DNA of 64,000 nucleotides from Nanobdellota archaeon (GCA_038044525.1 JBBSZV010000033.1:7131-71130); one strand, 5' to 3'. Counted from the first letter of the stretch, positions 36,618 to 45,732 are shown. Numbers and translations are program-made. Notes: a model not told the origin generated them from the sequence alone.

Positions 36618-37637
36618 TTATTTCATCATCTTCTTAATCAAATCAACCACCCGGCAGCTGTAACCCCATTCGTTGTCATACCACGCGACTATCTTGAGGA
36701 ATTTCTTATCGACGACCGAAGTCAGCTTGGCATCGTAGATCGCAGAGTGCGGGTTATGGATAATGTCAGTAGAGACCAATTCGTCTTCAGAATATTGTAT
36801 TATCCCTTTTAATTTTCCGCCGGCCGCTTTTTTAAAGATCTCATTAACTTCTTTCGGAGTCACTTCACGCTGGGTTTCGATGGTGAAGTCAGTTACGCTG
36901 CCGTCAGCGACGGGAACCCTGAAAGCCAGGCCTCTGACCTTTCCCCGCAATTCCGGGATGGCTTCTACTGCAGCGACATCTGCTCCCGTAGAAGCCGGGA
37001 TGATGTTGATTGCCGCAGCCCGGGAACGGCGCAGATCTTTATGCGGGCCGTCCACCAGTTTCTGCGAGGACGTATAAGCATGGATGGTAGTGAAAAAACA
37101 GCGTTTGATCCCGATACGATCTTCCACCACTTTGAGGATAGGGGCGACGCAATTGGTCGTGCAGGAAGCATTAGAGACGATCAGGTGCTTGTTTTTTTTA
37201 TAAGCGTGTTCGTTGACTCCGGAAACTAAAGTGACAGTATTAGCCGGACAGGCTTTATCCGCTTCGCATTTGCAGGGCGCAGAGATCAATACTCTTTTTG
37301 CTCCAGCCTTAAGATGCGCCGCGGCCTTGTAAGGGTCGGTAAAACGGCCGGTACTTTCCACCACCACATCAATGTTCAGCTTTTTCCAAGGGAGCTTGGA
37401 AGGGTCCTGTTCCGCCAGGACTTTAATTTTCTTTTTTCCGACCGCCAGATAGCCATCACTGGCAATAACATTCTCGGAGAAAAGCCCGTGGACAGAATCA
37501 TATTTCAGCAGGTGAGCAAGAGTTTTGTTATCGGTAAGATCATTGACCGCAACTATGTTTATGCTCTTATCTTTCCAAGCAGCGCGGAAGAAAGTCCTGC
37601 CGATACGGCCAAAACCATTAATGGCCACATTTATCAT
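36618..37637 (-). CDS. gap: Bacterial-type (class I) glyceraldehyde-3-phosphate dehydrogenase
   Basis: VAINGFGRIGR, LKYDSVHG, ESTGRFT, SNASCTTNC, AWYDNEWGYS. Confidence 0.96.
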   Translation of the reverse strand: MINVAINGFGRIGRTFFRAAWKDKSINIVAVNDLTDNKTLAHLLKYDSVHGLFSENVIASDGYLAVGKKKIKVLAEQDPSKLPWKKLNIDVVVESTGRFTDPYKAAAHLKAGAKRVLISAPCKCEADKACPANTVTLVSGVNEHAYKKNKHLIVSNASCTTNCVAPILKVVEDRIGIKRCFFTTIHAYTSSQKLVDGPHKDLRRSRAAAINIIPASTGADVAAVEAIPELRGKVRGLAFRVPVADGSVTDFTIETQREVTPKEVNEIFKKAAGGKLKGIIQYSEDELVSTDIIHNPHSAIYDAKLTSVVDKKFLKIVAWYDNEWGYSCRVVDLIKKMMK

Positions 37638-37726
37638 TGATTACACCTTCTAAATTTTTTCTTAATGGCCATCGTGGTTCCAAAAATCCTTGATTTTTGA
37701 GAACCGTTGATTGCGACGTTGATCAT
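37634..37726 (-). CDS. 30-aa upstream ORF repeating the GAPDH N-terminus
   Basis: MINVAINGSQKSRIFGTTMAIKKKFRRCNQ*. Has its own GAGGTG SD, and its stop overlaps the gap ATG (ATGA). Confidence 0.5.
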   Translation of the reverse strand: MINVAINGSQKSRIFGTTMAIKKKFRRCNQ

Positions 37727-37865
37727 CTTACAACACCTCTTTTGATATCTATACAGAAGAATTCAGTGGTTTATATACTTTATTGGGATTTTACTTTACA
37801 ATAAATGAATCTGCACCTAAAAAACAAGGCATAAATTTTTTAAAATCTGCCTCTTATCCACAGTC

Positions 37866-38363
37866 ATGCAGGAAAAATCAGAACTCTCGACCCTTCTGGA
37901 AAAATTGCAGTTTCCGCAGACGGATGAGAGATTCAATCTTGATTATAATTATAAGATTAAAGCTGATTGCGATTTCTATAAAGGGCGCATCGCCTTGAGC
38001 AAAAGCGGCGAAAAATTGTCGGATATTCTTGCTGCTCCCGCCATATTCGGCCGTTATAGGATAAAAGAAGTGATAATCGTGTCTAATGATGAAGGCATGA
38101 TGGTTCACCCACGCGACGGCGGGCAGCCGACGGAATATCAAGCCGATACGTGTTATCATAACGTTGATTTTCACCATCCTGATCTGGAAGAGATGCTAGA
38201 AAACCGCGGCTACCGTTTAGGGCAGGAAGTTGAATGCGTCGGCGGGGATTACTTTATGGCCGCAGGAGCTTCGGGAGAGCTGACCATCGGCCAATTAAAA
38301 GACCTCTTGGCGTTAGGCTGCGTTAAGCTGATAGAGATAGAGCTTGATTTTTTACGCAAATGA
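37866..38363 (+). CDS. Hypothetical protein
   Basis: 165-aa ORF with upstream TATA-like sequence. Confidence 0.65.
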   Translation: MQEKSELSTLLEKLQFPQTDERFNLDYNYKIKADCDFYKGRIALSKSGEKLSDILAAPAIFGRYRIKEVIIVSNDEGMMVHPRDGGQPTEYQADTCYHNVDFHHPDLEEMLENRGYRLGQEVECVGGDYFMAAGASGELTIGQLKDLLALGCVKLIEIELDFLRK

Positions 38364-38500
38364 ATGTTCACCTGAGCGTGATTTTTTTACAAGCATAATT
38401 AAGCTGATATGAACCGCTCAGGAGAGGTTGGCAACCGATGGTTTCATATTAATACAAAAACTTCCATAAATATTAAATAGGTGTCCTTCTTTGAAAAAGT

Positions 38501-39148
38501 ATGGATTTCACTTCAGCACTAACAGAACTTGAGCATTTATTTAAGGAATCTGAAGAAGCAAAGGCACGAAGTGGAATAGCAGCAAGAGCATTTGAAAAGA
38601 AAGATGCTGAAATCCGAGAGTCGCTGCGGAACGGGCATAGTACTGGCGATCAAATTCTTGATTGGGCTCTTTCAAATGGATATCCTTACCAGGAAAACAA
38701 ACAAAAAGCCCAGATGGTTTACGATTACCTTCAGGAACACGTAGGAGATTACTTTTTCTTCTTGGGTAGAGAATATTGGCGTCCTTTCATTTGGGATATT
38801 CACGTTGGAAAAATAGGATCTCCCCCACTCTTAAATAGAGAAGGGCAGCTTTCTCTTGTAGTTGAAGAAGGAACATTGATGCAGAAGAAAGTAGCGCATT
38901 ACACAGATATTCCTTTAGTGAATAATATTTTTCCCAATGAAAAGAAAGAGCCCTCTATACAAGGCCTATTTTTAACTCCTTTCCAAAGGAAAGAATTAAT
39001 TGAGTCAATTTCTTCGTGTTGGGATGATTCTAGTGATAGCTACTATATCCTTGGTGCAGGTGAAAAAACAGTATTATCTTACCTTCATCAACAAAAAATA
39101 ATTCCTGAAGCAACTAAAGAAAGTCTGCAAGCATTACTTTCTAAATAA
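38501..39148 (+). CDS. Hypothetical protein
   Basis: 215-aa ORF, AT-rich. Confidence 0.65.
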   Translation: MDFTSALTELEHLFKESEEAKARSGIAARAFEKKDAEIRESLRNGHSTGDQILDWALSNGYPYQENKQKAQMVYDYLQEHVGDYFFFLGREYWRPFIWDIHVGKIGSPPLLNREGQLSLVVEEGTLMQKKVAHYTDIPLVNNIFPNEKKEPSIQGLFLTPFQRKELIESISSCWDDSSDSYYILGAGEKTVLSYLHQQKIIPEATKESLQALLSK

Positions 39149-39186
39149 TCCTAAAATATATATAGAAACCTATTTTCTTACCCCTC

Positions 39187-40152
39187 ATGTCAGAACCAAA
39201 ACAAATTCCCACCACCGAGAACATCGTATTTAAGCCCGCTTTCATAGAACGATATTCGCAGTTAACTGACTGGGAAGAATTCAAGAAGTATTCTCTTTCT
39301 TTCCTGCGCAGGAGCATCCGGGTCAATACCTTGATGGGGACGATCCAGGAGGCGCGGAAAAGCATCGAAGCCAAGGGATGGAAGCTCATGCCGATCCCCT
39401 GGTGCAAGGAAGGTTTCTGGATATCCCATGATGAAAGAAGGGATGTAGGAAACTTACTGGAGCATCATACAGGAAAAATTTACGTACAGGAAGCGGCTTC
39501 CATGATTCCGCCATTAGTATTAAAGCCAAAACCAGGAGACATAGTCTTGGACATGGCCGCTTCCCCTGGAAGCAAGACTACGCAGATGGCAGCGATGATG
39601 AATAATAAAGGATTAATCATTGCTAACGATTACAAAGGCGATCGTCTGCAGTCCTTAGGGATAAATCTGCAGCGCAGCATCACCACTAATTGCATCATCA
39701 CGCTGATGCGCGGGCAGGGCATAAAAGGGATGCAGTTTGACAAGATCCTATTGGATGCGCCTTGTTCGGGAACCGGCGCTATCAGGAAGAGCCTTAAGAC
39801 CATCGGCATCTGGAATCCGCACATGATCACCAAATTAGCCCGAGAACAGAAAGAACTTATCACTGTAGCTTTTGAAAATCTTAAGCCGGGCGGAGAGCTG
39901 GTCTATTCCACCTGTTCGGTCGAGCCGGAAGAGAACGAAGGGGTAGTCAGTTATCTGCTTAAGAAATATGAAAATGCTAAAGCGATAAAAGTTACTCTTA
40001 AAGGGCTGAAAACCAGCCCCACGATAGCGGAATTTGAAGGAGAACAATATCATCCTGAGGTAAAGAACGCTTTGCGCATCTGGCCGCAGGATAATGATAC
40101 CGAAGGTTTTTTCGTTGCAAAGCTACGAAAAATACCCACGAACGAAGCGTAG
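39187..40152 (+). CDS. RsmB/NOP2 family RNA m5C methyltransferase
   Basis: IRVNTL, YVQEAASM, LDMAASPGSKT, LLDAPCSGTG, VYSTCS, EGFFVAKL. Confidence 0.93.
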   Translation: MSEPKQIPTTENIVFKPAFIERYSQLTDWEEFKKYSLSFLRRSIRVNTLMGTIQEARKSIEAKGWKLMPIPWCKEGFWISHDERRDVGNLLEHHTGKIYVQEAASMIPPLVLKPKPGDIVLDMAASPGSKTTQMAAMMNNKGLIIANDYKGDRLQSLGINLQRSITTNCIITLMRGQGIKGMQFDKILLDAPCSGTGAIRKSLKTIGIWNPHMITKLAREQKELITVAFENLKPGGELVYSTCSVEPEENEGVVSYLLKKYENAKAIKVTLKGLKTSPTIAEFEGEQYHPEVKNALRIWPQDNDTEGFFVAKLRKIPTNEA

Positions 40153-40243
40153 CGAAGTGACTTGGGTTTCTTTGTTGCCAAGATAAGAAAATTGTAAGTT
40201 ACAACAAAGAAACTCACGAACGGAGCGCAACGAAGTGACTTGG
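40137..40243. repeat. Two 29-bp direct repeats (REP-like) with an intervening 12-bp inverted repeat
   Basis: CACGAACGAAGCGTAGCGAAGTGACTTGG (40137-65) and CACGAACGGAGCGCAACGAAGTGACTTGG (40215-43). GTTTCTTTGTTG (40166-77) pairs with CAACAAAGAAAC (40202-13). Confidence 0.8.
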
Positions 40244-40249
40244 AGTTTT

Positions 40250-40660
40250 TCATCGTTTTATCCTCCACCACACTGCACCCGCTAATAACCCATTACTCAC
40301 GAAGCCGAGAATAGGTCTGTACGGCTCAAAATAGGTCATCAGAGTAGTTGCTCCAAATACAAAAACAAGTAATTTATTACAAATGGGACAGGCAAACGCG
40401 AAGAAACTACCTATTCCTCCCGTAGTTGCAATCGTATCGCACTTTTTGATTGTATTTTTTTTGTAGTAATGGACTCCAACATACGCGCCGAGTAAAATAG
40501 AGCTACTCGCGAGAAAAATATAATCCAATGTATTTATTGGAGTCATTCTTGTAAAAAATGAGTTCGGCAAAAGTGAGGTAATGATTCCAGATACAACAAA
40601 GAAAAGTAATCCTGTTCCGAGTCCTAAGAGTACATATTTCAATTTCTGGTTCATATTCAT
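40250..40660 (-). CDS. Small membrane protein with CPxC motif
   Basis: About 4 TMs, FACPICNKLL. Confidence 0.75.
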   Translation of the reverse strand: MNMNQKLKYVLLGLGTGLLFFVVSGIITSLLPNSFFTRMTPINTLDYIFLASSSILLGAYVGVHYYKKNTIKKCDTIATTGGIGSFFAFACPICNKLLVFVFGATTLMTYFEPYRPILGFVSNGLLAGAVWWRIKR

Positions 40661-41506
40661 TCACTTCAATTGTAATGCTTGTATATATCTTCCTTTCTCA
40701 CAAATATGATCTCCATTACGTAGCATACAACCTAAGCAAGTGGACTGACCGGTTGGAACGTTATTCTGTGTTGGCTGCATCTTCATCCACATACCACCAG
40801 TTTTAGCGCAGACTTCTTTGAATGGCAGATCTGCGTAAGGGTCATTATTGCTAGTCACTATAACGTTTCCCGTTATTCCTGAACCAAGATTTCCTTTTAA
40901 TGCCAAAAATCCGAAAACAGCTATCAGAACGACCACTATCAATTTCCAAATTGTTGACTTCTTTACTGAAACATTGTTATTTTCCATATTAACCTCCTTT
41001 TGTGCAATATTGCACGTCTTTGTTGCTATTTTATTTGATAGATAAACTATTGATGCACCTAAAAGACCAATGCCGAGAAACCCCAATTCTAATCCTTTAA
41101 ATGGAAGCACCGCTAAGAATCCACCAAAGCCTAAGACGCTCAGTAATCCAATTGCACACGATGGACACGCGGGAGCTATCAAACTTATGAAGATACTTGA
41201 TGTTCCTGCCTTAAGACTTCCTTTAACTTGCCTTTTCACTAAAAAAATGGTCATTGTCGTGACAACACCAGCAAGAACTGACATTATAATGAGAAGTATG
41301 AAAGAAAGAGCAGTCATTGATGCGAGTGCTCCCTTAAGCAAGGAAAAAAACAGCGAGAAAGAAAAATCAGAAAAAAGTATGCGGTAATTGTTCACAAGTG
41401 TATTGAAAAGAAAAATTGCCAAAGCAACGCTGAAAGTAACTAAAAAGTATTTCTTAAAACTGTACACCTCTTTTAGTGCTTCCTGCACTTTATTTATGTA
41501 TTTCAT
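40661..41506 (-). CDS. Membrane protein with CPSC motif and C-terminal Cys-rich domain
   Basis: PACPSCAIG within the TM region. Second anchor-like segment and CAKTGG...CLGC...C. Confidence 0.72.
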   Translation of the reverse strand: MKYINKVQEALKEVYSFKKYFLVTFSVALAIFLFNTLVNNYRILFSDFSFSLFFSLLKGALASMTALSFILLIIMSVLAGVVTTMTIFLVKRQVKGSLKAGTSSIFISLIAPACPSCAIGLLSVLGFGGFLAVLPFKGLELGFLGIGLLGASIVYLSNKIATKTCNIAQKEVNMENNNVSVKKSTIWKLIVVVLIAVFGFLALKGNLGSGITGNVIVTSNNDPYADLPFKEVCAKTGGMWMKMQPTQNNVPTGQSTCLGCMLRNGDHICEKGRYIQALQLK

Positions 41507-41526
41507 TTTGAAAAAAAGAAAAAAAA

Positions 41527-42261
41527 TTAATTAAGCTCAGCATCAATGACCTGCTGGAAAACACTAAACGGTTGCGCTCCACTGATGAGTTTTCCATTGA
41601 TGATGAACCCCGGCGTTCCTGAAATTCCTGCTGCACTTCCATCAGCTAAATCTTTTCGAATTTCCTGCTTTTGCGCTGGATCGCTCAAACAGGCTTCCCA
41701 TTTAGCAACGTTTAAACTAAGTTCCTGAGCCCAACGTTTGTAATCAGCACTGCTCTTTCCTCCTGCTCCTCCATTGCTGAAGATTATGTCATGGTACTCA
41801 AAGTATTTTTCCTGTTCCCCAGCACAATTGGCGGCAATCGCAGCAGGTTCAGCCTGTTGATGGAAGCCTAATGGAAAGTCACGATAGACAAACTTCACTT
41901 TCCCAGTTTTAATGTACATACTCTCAATTTGTGATAATGTTTGCTGATAAAATCGTTCACAGAACGGACATTCATAATCACTAAATTCAATTATGGTGAC
42001 TGGTGCATCTTTTTCTCCCAAGAAAGGATCATCATCAGCAAGTGCTTTCATATCGGTTATTCCTGCACTTGGCGCTTGTGGTGCTCCTCCTAATGTGGGC
42101 GCCCCAACTGCACCCGTAGGAGAATTATTGCCTCTAAAGGCCATGAATGCTAATACTACAATTAAAACTATTGTAGTGACTTTCCAGAACATTGATTTAT
42201 TGATAGTTATACTATCACTCTTTTTTGCTTTTAGTTCTTGTTGCTCTTCGATTTTAACCAC
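41527..42261 (-). CDS. DsbA/BdbD family thiol-disulfide oxidoreductase
   Basis: APVTIIEFSDYECPFC, VYRDFPL, GISGTPGF, GAQPF. Confidence 0.92.
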   Translation of the reverse strand: MVKIEEQQELKAKKSDSITINKSMFWKVTTIVLIVVLAFMAFRGNNSPTGAVGAPTLGGAPQAPSAGITDMKALADDDPFLGEKDAPVTIIEFSDYECPFCERFYQQTLSQIESMYIKTGKVKFVYRDFPLGFHQQAEPAAIAANCAGEQEKYFEYHDIIFSNGGAGGKSSADYKRWAQELSLNVAKWEACLSDPAQKQEIRKDLADGSAAGISGTPGFIINGKLISGAQPFSVFQQVIDAELN

Positions 42262-42300
42262 CTCTGGCGTTTTTTAAATTGCTATTCTCAAACAATTCTG

Positions 42301-42329
42301 TTGTTTCATAGGATGAAACAATATATAAA
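42301..42329. promoter_or_regulatory. Palindromic operator candidate next to a TATA box in the divergent promoter
   Basis: TTGTTTCAT-AGG-ATGAAACAA immediately followed by TATATAAA. Additional half sites nearby. Confidence 0.5.
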
Positions 42330-42416
42330 TGGTTTTGAAACGTCCAAAATTAAGCCGAATTGTTGTTTCGTCAGGTGTAGCAATATTTAAATAAGGGTTG
42401 ATTCTGCTGACTATTT

Positions 42417-42917
42417 ATGGATGGACGCTCAGTTAAGTTATATAAATACATCAGCCTTGGATTTTCAGCAATAATCATCGGTCTTGCGATTCTTATCTAT
42501 GGGGTAATGTATATCCATCGTAATACAACCAGTAAAAATTCATTAATATTCTGGACAGTTGAAAATCATTTACCTATAACTATCAGTATGATCATACTTT
42601 CTGGATTTATGGGTTATATTTTATCAACCGTAACTTACAAACAAGTTACTAAGACTAAGAAAGAATCTCACAAATTATTAGAGATATTATTTCTCTTCCT
42701 AAACAGAGATGAGAAAGAGATTATTAATTCTCTTGTTCAGAATAATGGCATGATAGGACAAGCAGAGATTTCCCGTTTGCCCGGAATGGACCGAGTTAAA
42801 GCGTATCGCTCCCTCCAAAAGATGCAGGAAAAAAAACTGATAGATATAACTGCGCATGGAAAAATAAGAAAAGTATCGCTTAAAGACAACATATTAAACC
42901 TGCTTACTAGAGAATAA
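42417..42917 (+). CDS. Membrane-anchored winged-HTH transcriptional regulator
   Basis: Two TMs, then L..DEKEII..L...GMIGQAEISR..GMDRVKAYRSLQKM. Confidence 0.78.
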   Translation: MDGRSVKLYKYISLGFSAIIIGLAILIYGVMYIHRNTTSKNSLIFWTVENHLPITISMIILSGFMGYILSTVTYKQVTKTKKESHKLLEILFLFLNRDEKEIINSLVQNNGMIGQAEISRLPGMDRVKAYRSLQKMQEKKLIDITAHGKIRKVSLKDNILNLLTRE

Positions 42918-42933
42918 ATTAGTCTGCCGTAAC

Positions 42934-43956
42934 GGCTAATATGAAACCCTTGTAATTCTGATGAATATCAGAATTACTTGTTTTCCCGCTTCTAACATTC
43001 TGTCAATGTTATAGGCAACGATTCTACACATTGCTTCCACTTTTTGGTTCTTTACATCCTTTGATTTGATACTAAACCCAAACTTTCTTTTGAGAATACT
43101 GAAAGTAGTCTCAACCTTGTTCCTTTGAAGGTATTCTCCATAATCAAACACATCAAACGTCTCTTTTCTGTATCTTCCTTTTCTTCTATGCTTTGGCACA
43201 TCTAATCTTTTCTGGAGAATAAACGGGTATGCTCCCAGCTCTTCAAATACTATTTTGAAGAGCTTCTCGGCATCATATCCCCTATCTCCGTAAAAAGCTT
43301 CTGGTCGGTAATTTTTTGCCAATCTCCGGGTCATTGTATATGCATCAATCAGGTCGTGTCTTGCTTTTTTTCTAAGCTTAAATTGTAGGATAAAATAATG
43401 CTTTATATCGACGATAATACTTAGCTTCAAGAACGGACGTTTTTTGTATGCTTTTCCGATTCTTTTGCAGTAATGTGGACTGGCATTATCCAAACTAATG
43501 CCCGTTCCATCGATAGCAACCTTTTCAGGTTGCTCAATAAGTTTGCTAAACGCAGCCATAAGCTTATCGAAGATAGCAGTAGGAAGTCTCTTCGCAAACT
43601 TGATAAGAGTTGTATATTCAGGGAGCTTATTTAGCCCTAAATATGCCCTAAGCGTGATATTATCGCTTAAATCTTCAAGCAATTCCTTATAAGTAAACTT
43701 ACGGAATTGCTTGTATACCAGCAAAAAGAGATGCTGGTATTGGGTATAAAGCTTATTTGAGAACTTGGAGTTGTGAAGCATAAGCTCCGCTTCTCTGAAC
43801 AATTCATAGCAAAAATCAGCAAGTTTTTTAAATTTAGAAGTTATTATTTCCATTCGTAGTTCACCTCGTCGATAAAAGCGTCTTAAGACAACACTTTATC
43901 GACGTGAACTACTTTATATAACTTCTGAATCAAAGCCGGAGGGTTTCATATTAGCC
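42934..43956 (-). mobile_element. Complete IS5-family insertion sequence (1023 bp)
   Basis: Perfect 17-bp TIRs GGCTAATATGAAACCCT (42934-50 and 43940-56). 9-bp target duplication TGCCGTAAC (42925-33 and 43957-65). Confidence 0.93.
42936..43853 (-). CDS. IS5-family DDE transposase
   Basis: AIDGTG, YGDRGYD, Y.QRNKVETTFSILKR (YREK-like). Stop codon lies inside the TIR. Confidence 0.92.
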   Translation of the reverse strand: MEIITSKFKKLADFCYELFREAELMLHNSKFSNKLYTQYQHLFLLVYKQFRKFTYKELLEDLSDNITLRAYLGLNKLPEYTTLIKFAKRLPTAIFDKLMAAFSKLIEQPEKVAIDGTGISLDNASPHYCKRIGKAYKKRPFLKLSIIVDIKHYFILQFKLRKKARHDLIDAYTMTRRLAKNYRPEAFYGDRGYDAEKLFKIVFEELGAYPFILQKRLDVPKHRRKGRYRKETFDVFDYGEYLQRNKVETTFSILKRKFGFSIKSKDVKNQKVEAMCRIVAYNIDRMLEAGKQVILIFIRITRVSY

Positions 43957-44000
43957 TGCCGTAACAAAATCTTTTAATACCCTAAAAGAATAGCAGGTTT

Positions 44001-45047
44001 ATGCTGGGATTAGACAAATCAATTCTTACTTTCGTGGAGAAGCAAAGCCCCATATTTCATAAAATAATGAAAAATTCTCTTAAATTAAAGGGGGAGGAGA
44101 TCTTGGTTATCAGCGATTACGGCATAGGCAGAGATACCTTCTCCAGCATGCTGGGCTATGGTTACTATCATGCCGCAAACAAGAAAGGTCTTAATACCAA
44201 TATCCTGTTCCAGGAGCCTAAAAAAGGTTTTATGTTTTCTGATGATCACGTCGTGAATGCAATCAACCGATTGGAAAAAAACAGCATCATTATCGTAGCA
44301 GTTTCAAATAAGCTGGGCCGGTTCGGAGAAGAAAAAAGTTTCCGCAATTTCTGCGCAGAGCGAGGGCATAGATTTCTTTCCGCAACCGGTCTGAGCGATG
44401 TCAAGCCGCAGCACTTCAGCCTGTTCCTGGAAGCGATGAATGTCAATTATTCACGCATGAAGAAAAAAGGTTCCGCCATCAAAAATCTGTGGGATAAAGC
44501 GGAAGAGATCAAAGTAAAAACAGAAGCCGGAACAGATGTTACTTTCAATGTTTCAGGGATGAAAGCGATAGCCAACATCGGCGAATATCATGAGCCGGGG
44601 ATGGGCGGCAATATGCCTGCAGGAGAGGTGTACATTCCGCCGGCAGGGTTTGAAGGAGTGAACGGAAAAGTAGTTGTCGACGGCAGCATGAAAACCGAAA
44701 ATGGCGCGATATTGCTGCAAAGCCCGGTCACTTTGCACATCAAGGAAGGAAAAGTGGTACAGATGGAAGGAAAGGATGCGCCCCTATTGGAACAAACTTT
44801 CCAAAAATTTGAAGAATTGGTAAAATATCGGGAACGGGTGCGCCACATCGGCGAGCTAGGCATAGGGATCAATCCCGGAGCGGTATTGATAGGTTCTATG
44901 ATTATGGATGAAAAAGTCCTGGGCACCGGACATGTAGCCATTGGTAGCAATTACTGGTTTGGCGGAGCGATAAAAACCATCTTTCACAGCGATCAGGTAT
45001 TCAAGAGCCCGAGGTTTTATGTTGACGGGAAGAAGATGGATATCTGA
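44001..45047 (+). CDS. M29-like (thermophilic) aminopeptidase
   Basis: GTDVTF, GNMPAGEVY, GKVVVDGS, IGELGIGINP, DEKVLGTGHVAIGSN, HSD. Confidence 0.85.
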   Translation: MLGLDKSILTFVEKQSPIFHKIMKNSLKLKGEEILVISDYGIGRDTFSSMLGYGYYHAANKKGLNTNILFQEPKKGFMFSDDHVVNAINRLEKNSIIIVAVSNKLGRFGEEKSFRNFCAERGHRFLSATGLSDVKPQHFSLFLEAMNVNYSRMKKKGSAIKNLWDKAEEIKVKTEAGTDVTFNVSGMKAIANIGEYHEPGMGGNMPAGEVYIPPAGFEGVNGKVVVDGSMKTENGAILLQSPVTLHIKEGKVVQMEGKDAPLLEQTFQKFEELVKYRERVRHIGELGIGINPGAVLIGSMIMDEKVLGTGHVAIGSNYWFGGAIKTIFHSDQVFKSPRFYVDGKKMDI

Positions 45048-45071
45048 ATGTCAAGATGGCAGCCAGGATAG

Positions 45072-45151
45072 CTAAATATTTAGAAAGCAAAATCTTTAAA
45101 AAACCAAATCTTTAGAAAACTAAATATTTAGAAAACTAAATCTTTAAATAG
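45072..45151. repeat. Five imperfect 16-bp tandem repeats forming the promoter region
   Basis: CTAAATATTTAGAAAG / CAAAATCTTTAAAAAA / CCAAATCTTTAGAAAA / CTAAATATTTAGAAAA / CTAAATCTTTAAATAG. Confidence 0.8.
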
Positions 45152-45172
45152 TTCCGGGACATGCTTAAAATT

Positions 45173-45707
45173 ATGAATTGGACCAAACTGCTTTATGTCT
45201 TGATCATCGTGCTGTTGTACGTCCCCATGGTTTTCTTGGGAGCGAATGTTTTTTTTTCCGAAATATACCGGAACTAATGCTTATTATCAAGGTCCTTTCG
45301 GTGATTGTTACGCCAAATATCCTTATCCTGCCAATCCAGAAAAATTGAGCGCTCCGGAGCGGATGGCGATTGACGAAAATCAGCGCAAGTGCAGTGAAGA
45401 ATTCCAGAAAGAGCAGGAGAAGTTCGAACAATCCAAATTATCTTATGAAGGCATGAAATATGTGTTCATATCCTTATTTAATCTGTTCATCTTATTATTG
45501 GCGTTGTTTCTCCCCAAGATGCAGGACAGCGTCACCATGGGCTTGTTCTTAGGCAGTATCGCGGCCACATTTGGCGGAACGATACGTTATTTCGACACGA
45601 AAAGCAAAATCGGCTTTGCTATTTTAGTAGTCACTTTCTTCGCCATGCTGTATTTCATCAACCGAAAGAAAGATAACTTCCTGGATTGGGGCAATAAGAG
45701 AAAATAA
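45173..45707 (+). pseudogene. Membrane protein frameshifted at a T9 tract
   Basis: ATG 45173 gives MNWTKLLYVLIIVLLYVPMVFLGANVFF. T9 at 45249-57 shifts the frame, whereas T8 would join it to PKYTG... of the 45246-45707 ORF. Confidence 0.7.
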
Positions 45708-45732
45708 TTTTAACCGGTAAGCACTATAAAGA

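Noticed and set aside
40137..40243. Two 29-bp repeats with a 49-bp gap as a mini-CRISPR
   Set aside because: Only two imperfect copies, the gap is a duplicated gene end, and there is no leader or cas gene.
45072..45151. Possible CRISPR array
   Set aside because: The 16-bp units are contiguous with no unique spacers, and there are no cas genes in the window.
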